A stretch of DNA of 64,000 bases from the IMG/VR virus record IMGVR_UViG_3300025270_001776; one strand, written 5' to 3'. Made by a program: the position numbers and the translations under genes. Position 1 is the stretch's first letter, and every line of letters starts with the position of its first letter. This DNA comes from an uncultured virus (IMG/VR IMGVR_UViG_3300025270_001776). Its lineage: Duplodnaviria; Heunggongvirae; Uroviricota; Caudoviricetes. The notes under the pieces are model-generated. The model made no database searches and was not told the origin of the DNA. It saw nothing but the letters and a program-made list of their open reading frames with translations. Below are positions 8,291-18,617 of this stretch, one piece after another.

Positions 8291-9042
8291 TTTTTATCAT
8301 AGCCTACAATATTGGCTGGAATCTTTTTTTGTTTATTTTGATACTCATTAAGAACCGCAAGCATTGTAGACGCGGTTTTCTTACTAACTTCCGTAATATC
8401 AGCGTATTGATTTTCCCCCATATTAATAAAACCCATAACATTAATTTCTAACTGCTTACACTTGTTGTCAATAAAATTAGCTTGAGCAGAACTAATGGAA
8501 TCATTCTCCTTCCACTCTCCATCAGTTGCCTTTTCTACTTTAATAGACTCCCTTACAATAGAGGCCACGTCTTTTTTAGCCAGCTCTTCAGCCGCCAAAC
8601 ATCTAACCTTTAAAGCTTTACGTAGGGCACGACCTTCCGCCCTAGTGCTTGCAGTGGCTACTGGATGGGCACAAAACAAATCGTCTGTGTTACCATGCCA
8701 CACGTCAGCTACATCCGCAAATATTCTATGTTCTCCACTATTCCCCCAGTTAATGATAACCTCAAATACTACAGTTGCTCGTCCCGGACCATTGTTATCT
8801 TCAGCTGGAAAAACTTGAGAAGGTCGGCTACTTATAATATCTCCTAGTAGCTCTTCCGCCACACGGCGTAACCCAGCACAAATAGGATTTTTATCAATCA
8901 ATTCATGTGGCTCAAACTTGGACATTACATAGTCGTTCCATTCCTTCGATCCATATCTTGGGCCATCTTCCGCTTTTTCCATAATAACCACATCTTGTTC
9001 AGTAATCTGTTCTGTTTCAAATAAATCTTGATCAATTGCCAT
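8281..9042 (-). CDS. Hypothetical protein, possibly Rad52/Erf-like single-strand annealing protein
   Basis: Beta-strand run followed by ATASTRAEGRALRKAL helix, similar to SSAP cores. Confidence 0.45.
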   Translation of the reverse strand: MAIDQDLFETEQITEQDVVIMEKAEDGPRYGSKEWNDYVMSKFEPHELIDKNPICAGLRRVAEELLGDIISSRPSQVFPAEDNNGPGRATVVFEVIINWGNSGEHRIFADVADVWHGNTDDLFCAHPVATASTRAEGRALRKALKVRCLAAEELAKKDVASIVRESIKVEKATDGEWKENDSISSAQANFIDNKCKQLEINVMGFINMGENQYADITEVSKKTASTMLAVLNEYQNKQKKIPANIVGYDKNWR

Positions 9043-9818
9043 TAAGAAATCTCCAATTCAATAAGTCTTTCGTCTTGAGGCGGAAAACTAGCTTCTATTT
9101 TTTCAATTTCAGGATACACTAAATCCCATAGTCTCCTTTTCACGCTGTGCGATATGTGTTTGCATAGATACTTCACCCTTATTATACAATAACCTTTGGA
9201 AATAAGCAACCCATTTTTAATAGAATCATACTTAATATAGTTTCTAAGGTGCTTCTCTCCAAACAAAGGAGTAAAATGTTGTGGTCCATCTATTTCAATC
9301 GCTATTCCCAAATCGGGAAGAAAAAGGTCTATCTCAAATTTTTCTCCTTCAATCAAATGCTTCTTATGAATTATAGTACTGTATCCAGATTTTGTCAATT
9401 CAGAATATAAAAATTTTTCAGCCTTTGATCCTTCAATACTACTCTTTCTCAGGGCTTCCGCCGCTTTTTTACGCATCAAACGCTTCTCGCCGTCTCCTAA
9501 TTTGTCCCATCGTTTTTTGGCTTCCTCAGAGAACTTCTTTCTTTCTTCTGTGGACATTTGTTTCCATCTTTTTTCTATCGTTTTGCTAATTTGTAGCTTT
9601 TGCTCTTCTGTTTTAGGCTTACCCTTTGTGGGGTGCGTGGCTCTTCCATATTTTAATGCGCCCTTTTGCGCCTCTGATTTACTTCGTAACTTACACCCAT
9701 TTTTCTTTAGGATTCTTTCTATTTTTTTAGGATAAGTGTTGAGATTTTTAGCTATCTCATATGTACTCTTATTATTGCTATATTCCTGTATCACATAACC
9801 TTCATCTATTTGTTGCAT
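9042..9818 (-). CDS. Free-standing homing-endonuclease-like protein (HTH/NUMOD-like basic repeats plus Vsr/DUF559-type nuclease domain)
   Basis: N-terminal HTH (STYEIAKNL), basic helical repeats (KPKTEEQKLQISK), C-terminal EIDLFLP..IAIEIDGPQH. Confidence 0.75.
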   Translation of the reverse strand: MQQIDEGYVIQEYSNNKSTYEIAKNLNTYPKKIERILKKNGCKLRSKSEAQKGALKYGRATHPTKGKPKTEEQKLQISKTIEKRWKQMSTEERKKFSEEAKKRWDKLGDGEKRLMRKKAAEALRKSSIEGSKAEKFLYSELTKSGYSTIIHKKHLIEGEKFEIDLFLPDLGIAIEIDGPQHFTPLFGEKHLRNYIKYDSIKNGLLISKGYCIIRVKYLCKHISHSVKRRLWDLVYPEIEKIEASFPPQDERLIELEIS

Positions 9819-9819
9819 G

Positions 9820-10719
9820 TTAATCTCTCCACCATTTGATCGCTTGATCCAGTTTTATTCTAGGTTTCCATGTAAGATATTTTTCAATTTTAGAAATATC
9901 TGCTAAAGTTTCTCTGGCTTCTCCGGGGCGTTCTGGGATATGGATATAATCATTACCAATCATATTTGCTATATCAAGTATACTGTAGTTTTTACCTACT
10001 CCAACATTAAATGTTTCTCCAAAGATGTTTGGATTATTGGAAATAGCAGCGAGCCAATTAGCCCTTACAACGTCAGCTACATGTGTAAAATCTCTTCTTT
10101 GTTTACCATCTCCTACAATAGTCATAGGTTCTTTATTCTCAACTTGTCTCAAAAAAATTCCTATTACTGGAGCATATTGACCCTTGAGGGGCTGACGATC
10201 CCCATAAACATTAAAATAACGTAGAATAACCGTCTGAAGGTCGAACATTTGGTAATACATTTTACATAGTTCTTCACCAGCGACCTTTGTGACAGAGTAA
10301 GGATTTAAGCAATCATTAGACATTTCTTCTGTGAGAGGAGGTATGTTTTTTAGTCCATATGCCGACGAAGTAGATGAATATATTACCCTTTCTACATTAT
10401 GTGTACGTGCCGCCTGAAGGACATTACAAGTGCCTACCACATTAGTTTGGGCTGCTTTAGTGGGGTTTTCTATAGCTGGCTGTATTCGTGATTCCGCAGC
10501 CATATGAAACACACAATTAACACCCCTAAACCACCCCTGCATTTGATCATAGTCACAGATATCAATTTTAGCTTCTATACATTCAGGATTCCAATAAAAT
10601 TGTTCATTGGATACTGCGGATTCATTATCCATAACGACAACTTCATGTCTTCCCATAATCAGAAAATCAACGAGATTACTTCCTATAAATCCAGCTCCTC
10701 CAGTTACTAGATATTTCAT
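9820..10719 (-). CDS. NAD-dependent epimerase/dehydratase (UDP-sugar 4-epimerase-like)
   Basis: VTGGAGFIGS, YSSTSS, YSVTK (YxxxK), LRYFNVYG. Confidence 0.92.
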   Translation of the reverse strand: MKYLVTGGAGFIGSNLVDFLIMGRHEVVVMDNESAVSNEQFYWNPECIEAKIDICDYDQMQGWFRGVNCVFHMAAESRIQPAIENPTKAAQTNVVGTCNVLQAARTHNVERVIYSSTSSAYGLKNIPPLTEEMSNDCLNPYSVTKVAGEELCKMYYQMFDLQTVILRYFNVYGDRQPLKGQYAPVIGIFLRQVENKEPMTIVGDGKQRRDFTHVADVVRANWLAAISNNPNIFGETFNVGVGKNYSILDIANMIGNDYIHIPERPGEARETLADISKIEKYLTWKPRIKLDQAIKWWRD

Positions 10720-11201
10720 GACAATCCTTCATCAAAAGAAATAATACTTTTTATTTGATCCAAGTTCCAGTCGTCCACGATGCCCCTTACCGGCTTATTG
10801 CACATATTTTCTATGGCGTCTTTATGGGAATTACTACGAGCTAGAATACTGATTCGTTCGTCTCTAAATAGGGAAGAAGCTATATTAAAACTGATTGGTT
10901 TCCGTATCCACTCTAGATCCCAAACATAGAAATATTTTTTAGAATTGTTGTTAGAATTTAACAATATCTGTGTTGATTCTAAATCTGTTGAAATTGCAAA
11001 TCCATGAAAATTAGCTAGACTATAGATATTCATACAGGCAAAAAGGGAGTCATATACGGGCGCCGCTAGATTATTATAGTAACAACTTGCACTCATTTCT
11101 AGATCTGTAGCTAATTTATTAAATTCTTTTATCATATAGAATGACATTTGAGATGGACCTAAATTATTAACTATAGCACCTAATGTTCGGCGGCCTTCCA
11201 T
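10716..11201 (-). CDS. Hypothetical protein (glycosyltransferase-fragment-like)
   Basis: Coupled ORF in the glycan island; YFYVWDLEW. Confidence 0.55.
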   Translation of the reverse strand: MEGRRTLGAIVNNLGPSQMSFYMIKEFNKLATDLEMSASCYYNNLAAPVYDSLFACMNIYSLANFHGFAISTDLESTQILLNSNNNSKKYFYVWDLEWIRKPISFNIASSLFRDERISILARSNSHKDAIENMCNKPVRGIVDDWNLDQIKSIISFDEGLS

Positions 11202-11956
11202 ATCTTTTGTCTCCAGTATTCGGGAGTTAAAGTGTTCATTTGAAATGGTTTATTTTTAAATACAGCTTTAGTTTGATGTAATATTGATTTATTTATGTCT
11301 TCCCATTTTTCAACAAATAAAACAGGAGCATCATGATACATATCACATATTTTCTTATTATTTACAATTGATATTCCGTTTGCTATTAATATTGTATAAG
11401 TTTCTACCTCAACAGTAGATACCATAAAGCTTGCTAGGCCCACGTAACTCAAAGTGGTTTCATGTTTTGTTATGGGTAAACAAGGAATAGATTTTTGTAT
11501 AGTAGACATTATTTTTTGTTTTTCTTCTGTTTCATCATCAAAAATACCAATATTTCTATGTGCCACCTGTGGTAATATACACCCAACTGGTCCATTTTCG
11601 ATACCCCTCGGAATTGATTCTTTTTTGTGATGCTCAAGATTCAGATCACTTACAAACCACTTGGTAATATTTCTAGGCATATTAATAGGCTCTATGATAT
11701 TATCGTGTTCACAGTGAGTAATTAGCACAAAATTTGTGTCAGTATTAGACCTAAGCTCTTTACAAATATCCTTGTAATTTGATTCATCCGAATACACTAT
11801 TTGATTAGAGGTACATGCAGATATATATGTTTGTTTATTAATTAGTTCCATTGAAATACTCCTTTCTCCATTGTCGACCGGCGGCAAAATGCCTGAGTAT
11901 AGTATTTTCCTTTGGAGTGGGATTAATATAGAATCTGTTTTCTCCATCTTCCTCAC
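11180..11956 (-). CDS. Hypothetical protein, degenerate glycosyltransferase-like (true start probably downstream, near MELINKQ)
   Basis: FVLITH, KWF, IPRGIEN, PVLFVEKWEDI; annotated start overlaps the upstream gene by 119 nt. Confidence 0.5.
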   Translation of the reverse strand: MRKMEKTDSILIPLQRKILYSGILPPVDNGERSISMELINKQTYISACTSNQIVYSDESNYKDICKELRSNTDTNFVLITHCEHDNIIEPINMPRNITKWFVSDLNLEHHKKESIPRGIENGPVGCILPQVAHRNIGIFDDETEEKQKIMSTIQKSIPCLPITKHETTLSYVGLASFMVSTVEVETYTILIANGISIVNNKKICDMYHDAPVLFVEKWEDINKSILHQTKAVFKNKPFQMNTLTPEYWRQKIWKAAEH

Positions 11957-12659
11957 ATATATGTGTTACGTTCCATTCTGTTGGAAAAATTTGCACATTT
12001 TCAAGGAGATCATCTATGGAGTAGATTATTTCAGACGACTTATTCATATGAAATCCATAATTTGGCAATTTGGCAAAAGGGGTCCAGCTATGTAGGGGTA
12101 ATCCTGTCATAGTATACCAAGACGCCTGCTCCCTAAAAAGTTCCCAATTGGGCTGTCCAGTTATAGGATTCGTGTGTTCGGGCGCAGAATTATGTTTCAT
12201 TCTCTGATAAAAATCCTCATTTAACATATTCCTTAACATGTTTCGAGACCAATCATTAACTCTTATTGTATAGGCTCCCATACAATGGGTATTGCACGAA
12301 TCAATAGCATATCCAAAAGATTTTCCCTTGATCGGCTGGAACGGCTGACTAAAGTTAGCAATTGCTATATCAGCATCTATATGTGACACTATGTCTCCAT
12401 CTTTAACAAATCCCTCTTCAATCCAGTCGTGAACCAGTTTATGTTTTAACCATGTAGGATTTCCTCTCCAAAAATTACCGTCTTTTTCTCTTGGAAGTTT
12501 TAATATTTCTACGTATTCAAATCCATGGATATCCGAGTATTTCTGGTTCGCTTTTGACATAAAACGTACAAAAAACTCTTGCTGAGGCGGTGGGTATTCT
12601 GCCATACAAAAAAATACTTTTTTCATTATACAGCCCTCGCTAAAATCCAACATTGACAA
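11838..12659 (-). CDS. Glycosyltransferase, GT34/GMA12-MNN10-like
   Basis: KYSDIHGFEY, PTWLK, HIDADI (DxD), EQAS, WNV, RHFAAG. Confidence 0.7.
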   Translation of the reverse strand: MSMLDFSEGCIMKKVFFCMAEYPPPQQEFFVRFMSKANQKYSDIHGFEYVEILKLPREKDGNFWRGNPTWLKHKLVHDWIEEGFVKDGDIVSHIDADIAIANFSQPFQPIKGKSFGYAIDSCNTHCMGAYTIRVNDWSRNMLRNMLNEDFYQRMKHNSAPEHTNPITGQPNWELFREQASWYTMTGLPLHSWTPFAKLPNYGFHMNKSSEIIYSIDDLLENVQIFPTEWNVTHICEEDGENRFYINPTPKENTILRHFAAGRQWRKEYFNGTN

Positions 12660-13315
12660 CAGTTGTTTTCTTCATTAGTTACTGACCCGCTTTCATTTGA
12701 TAGTTCGTAAAAATCGGGCCACGTATGGTTTTGAAAAATTTTACAGATATAGTCATAATTTCCCCACTGTCCCATTTTCAATATCTCAAAACCGTTTAAT
12801 ACAAATAAAACAGCCAGCCCCATTGGTGTGAATCCACCAAAATGAGTGGGTGTCATATGAGGAATATTTATTGTTGGAACACTTGTAAACACCAACCCAG
12901 AAGGATTCATAACATTTTTAATGTTCCGAACGGCTAATTGAGGATTGTATAGGTGTTCAATTGTTTGACTAAATAAGAAAAAGTCGAATTTTTCATCCAC
13001 TTGAATTTCTTGATGTAGATCGTGTGGGGGGTATTGTAATATTGTTTTTTTATCAAACCTGTCTTCAATGAATTCCAATTCGGGATCTTCATCATCTGTA
13101 ACCCCAATATGACCAGACAACTCTATCTGACTGGTCCATTCTATAAAATCCAATATACACCAAACTCTTGGAAAATCATGACCTTTCCATCCGTTATATT
13201 TATTCCACACTCCCTTTTCTTTTGTTCCGGTATACTTTGGTACCTTTTTGTATTTTTCAAAATAATTTGGTTGTAGTTTTACGTAATTATAATATATATA
13301 TTCTATGGTATTCAT
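12626..13315 (-). CDS. SAM-dependent methyltransferase-like protein
   Basis: FDFFLFSQTIEHLYNP...NPSGLVFTSVP. Confidence 0.7.
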   Translation of the reverse strand: MNTIEYIYYNYVKLQPNYFEKYKKVPKYTGTKEKGVWNKYNGWKGHDFPRVWCILDFIEWTSQIELSGHIGVTDDEDPELEFIEDRFDKKTILQYPPHDLHQEIQVDEKFDFFLFSQTIEHLYNPQLAVRNIKNVMNPSGLVFTSVPTINIPHMTPTHFGGFTPMGLAVLFVLNGFEILKMGQWGNYDYICKIFQNHTWPDFYELSNESGSVTNEENNCCQCWILARAV

Positions 13316-14070
13316 TTATTTCGCAGCTCCTTTAATTGTTCTTTAATGTGGGCTACCTCCAAATCACTTTGTAGACATCTATTAATGTCTTTCTGGTGTG
13401 TGGTTTCAATTATATTTATTTGTTTATGGAAGACATCCTTAATTAAATAGAGTAAATCGTATTTGCTTATAGGTGTTGTGCCAATTTGCGTTATGTATTC
13501 ATAATCATCCCAATTTGCAAATATCATCTGGGAAATTTTGGCCCATTGGAGTACTGTTATGCCGTTCCAGTAATGGTTAATATACCCATTAACACATTCT
13601 GTTTGCGATAGGAACCATGACAAAAGTGACTTATTATACTTATCTATACCTATAATAGAGGACCTTATGATTTTTAGATTGGTTTTTGTTTTAAAGTGTA
13701 ATATAGAAGATTTACTGATACCATATACATCTAAAGCGTTACTTTGTTTATATTTACCATACAGTTTTCCTATAGGCAGCTGTCCATCAAACACGCAGTC
13801 GGTATCAGGATGTATATATTTTACTTTAGACGGGAGATTATTCATAATAAATTGGGGTAGCTCATAATTAATTGTAAAGTCTGCTGTTTTTTGTGGAATA
13901 GCGCCTATACAGTTAATCAATAGATCACCTTTAAAATTGCGTATAGTCTCCTTAAATATTTGAGAAGGCCAGCGGTAGTCAATAGTGTTTAATGTCCAGC
14001 TGTACTCATTATAATATTTTGTAACTGCGGTACCTAACATCCCTTTATGGCCTAAAACTAGAAGGTTCAT
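13312..14070 (-). CDS. RmlD-like NDP-4-keto-6-deoxysugar reductase
   Basis: LGHKGMLG, INCIG, TDCVFDG, YGISK, RSSIIG. Confidence 0.85.
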   Translation of the reverse strand: MNLLVLGHKGMLGTAVTKYYNEYSWTLNTIDYRWPSQIFKETIRNFKGDLLINCIGAIPQKTADFTINYELPQFIMNNLPSKVKYIHPDTDCVFDGQLPIGKLYGKYKQSNALDVYGISKSSILHFKTKTNLKIIRSSIIGIDKYNKSLLSWFLSQTECVNGYINHYWNGITVLQWAKISQMIFANWDDYEYITQIGTTPISKYDLLYLIKDVFHKQINIIETTHQKDINRCLQSDLEVAHIKEQLKELRNK

Positions 14071-15014
14071 TTATAAAAATCCTGTTTTGCCAATATATTT
14101 TTTAGTTCCTGTGGAGTCACTACATTATTCATGGAATTATATTCTCCCCCTTTAAACGAAACCTCATTATACGTTTTAAGTGGGTGCATGATATAACAAT
14201 CAAAGTTTTCTAAATATTTCATTCTTGGTATCTCTTCTGAGGAAGCCATGATTTCATGTATTTTCTCATTTACTCTAGGCTTTCCAATAGTATACTTTAA
14301 ACCAAACATTTTTTCATATATACTAAAAATATCTTTAACACGAAAGCTTTTTAGATTGGGAACCACGTTTACGTTTTCTAGACTCAAGGCGTTTTCAACA
14401 ATATCAACAGCTTCTTCTACACTAATCATAAATCGCGTCATGTGTTCTTCATAGAGAGTAAGAGTAATCTGATTTTCAATCGCATTCCATATAAGCGGAA
14501 TCAGACTGCCCGTGGAATTCATTACATTTCCGTATATAGCTGTACTTAACTTGGTTTTTATGTTGTCATTATTTAGTATAAAAGATTCTCCCGCTACATA
14601 TTTTAATGAACCGTATATTGTAGTGGCGGCTCGACTTTTATCTGTACTGATAAAACAGGCAGCTTCAAACTTATTACCTATAGCAGCCCTTTTACTATTG
14701 ATTGCCCCATGTACAATAGTCTGAAGTGCTTCTTCTATATTGTTACTACATGCATCAATTTGTTTTAAACTAGCAGCAAATATTGCTATATTGTGTCCGG
14801 CACAAGACCGTGTCAATAAAGTTTGGTTTCTCACATCACCAATAATAAATTTAACTTTGGGGTACATTTTAGATAAATAATAATGTTTAGCTTCATCTCT
14901 ACTAAAAACGGTAATTTCGTTCTTGTCGTAATATCTGCTTATAATATTTTTACCAAGGAAGCCTGCGCCTCCTGTGATAAATATTTTTTTGTTTTCTATC
15001 ATTAATCTACCCAT
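14067..15014 (-). CDS. UDP-GlcNAc 4,6-dehydratase-like (Polysacc_synt_2 / FnlA-PseB family)
   Basis: ITGGAGFLG, FSRDEAKH, GDVRN, ISTDK, YGSLK, YGNVMNSTGSLIP, MTRF. Confidence 0.85.
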   Translation of the reverse strand: MGRLMIENKKIFITGGAGFLGKNIISRYYDKNEITVFSRDEAKHYYLSKMYPKVKFIIGDVRNQTLLTRSCAGHNIAIFAASLKQIDACSNNIEEALQTIVHGAINSKRAAIGNKFEAACFISTDKSRAATTIYGSLKYVAGESFILNNDNIKTKLSTAIYGNVMNSTGSLIPLIWNAIENQITLTLYEEHMTRFMISVEEAVDIVENALSLENVNVVPNLKSFRVKDIFSIYEKMFGLKYTIGKPRVNEKIHEIMASSEEIPRMKYLENFDCYIMHPLKTYNEVSFKGGEYNSMNNVVTPQELKNILAKQDFYK

Positions 15015-15619
15015 CTAATTATTTCAAATGCCTCAGCATGGTCACACCCGCTTTGTCCACCCCTCACTCTAGCAATTGCTTTGATATGATCCGCACTCCT
15101 AAAAGATCTCACCTGTGTCTCAATAAGAGAATATAAATGAAGCTTTTTATCTATGTCGATTTTAACGAAATGGTTGGGGTTAAATGTTTTATAATTATGA
15201 TTCCAAAATACCACATGAGGCTGTTCATATATGAGGACCTTTTTAACAAAAAAGTTGATATCATGCGGTCTCAAAGCTGTCAAACACGCCTCATAGACAG
15301 CCCGATGGTCTTGGTTGTATGAAGGATGTGGAATATATATTTTATCAGGCTGTATTTTATTAATGTATAATTCAATATCTGGAATCAAATCGCTTGCGTT
15401 ATATCTATTAACTGGGTGATGCAATAGATGAAAAGAAAAGTCTATTTCTTGCACAACCCTATGAAACTCTTCTACCCTTTCCGCCCTTGTTAAAGCTACA
15501 TGGCCGTGCTGTTGGTTTTCTGCGAGCCCACAATGCAACACAAACGTATCACTACTCAAAATTCCCCCACACCCTAAGACTTCATCGTCTACATGAGGAG
15601 AAATTATCATTTGTTTCAT
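15002..15619 (-). CDS. PIG-L/LmbE family N-deacetylase
   Basis: SPHVDDEVLGCGG, NQDH. Confidence 0.88.
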   Translation of the reverse strand: MKQMIISPHVDDEVLGCGGILSSDTFVLHCGLAENQQHGHVALTRAERVEEFHRVVQEIDFSFHLLHHPVNRYNASDLIPDIELYINKIQPDKIYIPHPSYNQDHRAVYEACLTALRPHDINFFVKKVLIYEQPHVVFWNHNYKTFNPNHFVKIDIDKKLHLYSLIETQVRSFRSADHIKAIARVRGGQSGCDHAEAFEIIRWVD

Positions 15620-16254
15620 AATTTGGCTCCCGTTAAATATAGAATTGTATTGTTTTTACAAGATACAAATGCATTAGGATAGGGATTTTGTAGACATCTA
15701 ATTTTATTATAGAGTTCTTTAGCTGTCATATTTGTAAAATCTTCTAATTTTATTTCACTCATTTTAGGAGTACGACGTTTTTTAGTGTCATGGCTTATTT
15801 GTTTGGTTTCCGGTATGTTGGGATAGTGATTGAAAAATTTTATTAACAAAGACGTGGTGGCGTGCTCTATGTGATAAAAAACATCTTGAAGATTTCCACG
15901 TAAACTAATGTTTTCTTTATAGAGGATAGGCCCTCCGTCTGTTTGGGCTGTAGCCTTGAATAACGTAACCTTACTCTTCTCTAGTCCGTCTATAATCTGG
16001 TTTTGTATTGGAGAGCCTCCAGCATAATTTGGTAGATCTGATGGATGTGCCACTATTGTATAGTTTGAAGACACATATTCGTCAGATACAATCCAACTCC
16101 ACCCCAACAATATAGTGACATCAAAAGAATTTGTTTGAGTAATTTCATCAAATTGTTTAGTAGTTGTTACAAGTGATACATGAGGACATTTAGAGCGTAT
16201 AGAGTTATATACGTTTAAGGCCCAGTTTCTATAGGCACAAAATAATATTTTCAT
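15616..16254 (-). CDS. Formyltransferase (Fmt-like, probable sugar N-formyltransferase)
   Basis: GWSWIV, HPSDLPNYAGGSPIQNQI, DGGPI, IRCLQNPYPNAF. Confidence 0.85.
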   Translation of the reverse strand: MKILFCAYRNWALNVYNSIRSKCPHVSLVTTTKQFDEITQTNSFDVTILLGWSWIVSDEYVSSNYTIVAHPSDLPNYAGGSPIQNQIIDGLEKSKVTLFKATAQTDGGPILYKENISLRGNLQDVFYHIEHATTSLLIKFFNHYPNIPETKQISHDTKKRRTPKMSEIKLEDFTNMTAKELYNKIRCLQNPYPNAFVSCKNNTILYLTGAKL

Positions 16255-17042
16255 ACCGAAGTAACCTTTCTGTATTCTGTCTTATAGTCTGACAGTATAA
16301 AGTGGTATGTGCGTGAATCACCGTCAGTTGATCTTCTTCCAAAGTCAATTCCAATTATAGAATGTGTCCAATCAAACCAAGACTCACTAATGTCTGGCCT
16401 TGAGTCTCCTATTATATTATCCCATTGTGGATAACTTTCTTCTGGTATAACCCTTTTAATTTCATGGGGAGTCTGTTGCCATTTTTTGTGAAAAAAAGGA
16501 CCCGATATAGCACATTTAGCACCATCTTCTTTTAAAAGAGGGCTTTTCCATGTTTGATCATATTCACATGATAATGATTCATAATAGGCTAAATTGGCTA
16601 ATCTTAAACGTAATACGAAATCATCGTCTTCGCATCCTCCTCCATAAAATCTCTGATCAAACCATCCTATTTTTCTAAAGACTTCTTTAGTAAGAGCTAA
16701 AAAGGCTACATTCCATTGTCCCACTACTGCATAGCCCCTATGTAGAAGTTGTAGCATAAAAGTAATTTCTTCTGGATTTGGAATTACTCTGTCATTGACC
16801 AAAATAACAGTTTCAGTTGGAGAAGTTGCTACAGCTTCATTCATTAATTCTGAATATGAATCATATGCTTCTGGTCTTCTGTCAATTCTATTGTTCCAGT
16901 GTATATTAAATTCATTATTTAATGGCTCTAATTTTTGCATCTGATTTTCTACAACCTTAGAATCAGATCCGGCGTGTAAGCAGATGGTGATATCTTTTTC
17001 TAAATATTTTGGAGAAGGATTATGTGGATTTCTAGAAAACAT
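16251..17042 (-). CDS. Glycosyltransferase family 2-like
   Basis: ILVNDRV, KIGWFDQRFYGGGCEDDDF. Confidence 0.75.
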   Translation of the reverse strand: MFSRNPHNPSPKYLEKDITICLHAGSDSKVVENQMQKLEPLNNEFNIHWNNRIDRRPEAYDSYSELMNEAVATSPTETVILVNDRVIPNPEEITFMLQLLHRGYAVVGQWNVAFLALTKEVFRKIGWFDQRFYGGGCEDDDFVLRLRLANLAYYESLSCEYDQTWKSPLLKEDGAKCAISGPFFHKKWQQTPHEIKRVIPEESYPQWDNIIGDSRPDISESWFDWTHSIIGIDFGRRSTDGDSRTYHFILSDYKTEYRKVTSV

Positions 17043-17860
17043 TATTCATTCCTAATTCTTGAATTGTATTCTTGAGTGGCTTTCAAGATAGACGTATCTA
17101 AAATTTTATCCTCTAGCAGCTTTATTAAACCGCTTAAATCTTTTGGAAAACATGAGCCGCCAAAGCCAAATTTTCCGTCTGGTCCCGGAACCTTCCAGTG
17201 AGAACTACCTAGTCGGGAGTCAGAGTGATGAACAATTTCTATCAGGTTATTATAATCTATATTTAGCGCTGAACAAATTTCAAACATATGATTAGCAAAT
17301 CCTACACGCACAGAAAGATAGGAGTTTATAAGATACTTAATAAGTTCTGCTTCGGTTGGAGACACTTTAATAACTTCGGCATTGGGCCACATCGCCCTAT
17401 AGTAGTTTTCTAGCCTACGCCCTAAAATATCATTGTTTAAGGGAATTCCAAGGATATGTCGAGTAGAGTTTCTAAAGTCTTCTTCTGCATTTCGTTCTGT
17501 TAAGAATTCGGGATTTGCTACAATAGTCAAACTATCAAACCGCAGTTGAAAACGGTAAGTGCTCCCCGGCACTAAAGTAGACTTAATTAAAATGATTGGT
17601 TTAACAGATAGTTGTGTTGCATATCTATCTAATAATGACAAGGAGTTTTCAACAATGTCTATATAGCATCGTCCCTCCTTGTCCATGGGAGTTGGGAGGC
17701 ATAAATAAATTATTTCGCAATTTTCAATTATATTTAGATAACCATCGTTAATATCTAAATCGTCTGTTATATCATATGAATACGTAGTGTGAGAGGAGTC
17801 TGACAAAAATTTATATATAGCTCCCCCCACAAAACCCCTACCTATTACTCCCACATCCAT
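17042..17860 (-). CDS. UDP-glucose/GDP-mannose 6-dehydrogenase family protein (short phage type)
   Basis: GRGFVG, CLPTP, IKST, NPEFL, GFGGSCFPKD. Confidence 0.9.
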   Translation of the reverse strand: MDVGVIGRGFVGGAIYKFLSDSSHTTYSYDITDDLDINDGYLNIIENCEIIYLCLPTPMDKEGRCYIDIVENSLSLLDRYATQLSVKPIILIKSTLVPGSTYRFQLRFDSLTIVANPEFLTERNAEEDFRNSTRHILGIPLNNDILGRRLENYYRAMWPNAEVIKVSPTEAELIKYLINSYLSVRVGFANHMFEICSALNIDYNNLIEIVHHSDSRLGSSHWKVPGPDGKFGFGGSCFPKDLSGLIKLLEDKILDTSILKATQEYNSRIRNE

Positions 17861-18611
17861 TGATTTCTCCTTCTATATACTGGCTAACTGCTTTTGGGGA
17901 TATATCTCTATAATATCTTCTAGTTGCTTCACTAATGGTCCTAAGTTTATCAGGATTTGTTAGTATTGTTTTTACTATTTGGTAAACATTTTGAAGAGGT
18001 ATATAGGGAGCATTTTTATAAACCCAATTATCTGGCTGTGACACCGTAAGTATCACACAAGAAGCGGCACAAGCTTCAAAAAATCTAAATGATTCTGGAC
18101 TTGCTGTTCCATGAGGACAAATAGCTATCTTTGTATCACACAATATCTTTGAATAGGATTCACAATCCAGACCCCTGTTGAAGCCTTGATAGAAGCCAAA
18201 AAAAGAATTGATAGAATCATCCATTAAAAATTGTGGTATCTCTTTATACAAATCGAACCTATTGTTTGCTAGTTGTCCCACAAAGGAAACGTCAAAATTT
18301 CTTTCTAGAATATTTTTTTCTGTAACTACAAAATCTTTAGATGGACCAAGCGGTAACGGTCTTAACTTGGGATGTTGTCCTTCATAACAGTATTGCTTAA
18401 ATATTAATTTAACAGATGGATCATTTATTTCTTCTGGAATTCTATATGATTCATCAGCATTCATTAAAATTATTTTTTCTTCTTCAGTATCTGGAAGAGC
18501 ATCTCCAAAGTTTTTGGCTACTACTGTAATATCTACATTAAGATGCGAAGATATTTCAGAAAAAAACCTTTTTTCTAGATTATTATCAGGTGTTATGTCA
18601 ATGTATTTCAT
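17838..18611 (-). CDS. Exostosin/GT47-like glycosyltransferase
   Basis: DVSFVG, KIAICPHG..SPESFRFFEA. Confidence 0.7.
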   Translation of the reverse strand: MKYIDITPDNNLEKRFFSEISSHLNVDITVVAKNFGDALPDTEEEKIILMNADESYRIPEEINDPSVKLIFKQYCYEGQHPKLRPLPLGPSKDFVVTEKNILERNFDVSFVGQLANNRFDLYKEIPQFLMDDSINSFFGFYQGFNRGLDCESYSKILCDTKIAICPHGTASPESFRFFEACAASCVILTVSQPDNWVYKNAPYIPLQNVYQIVKTILTNPDKLRTISEATRRYYRDISPKAVSQYIEGEINGCGSNR

Positions 18612-18617
18612 TTTGCC

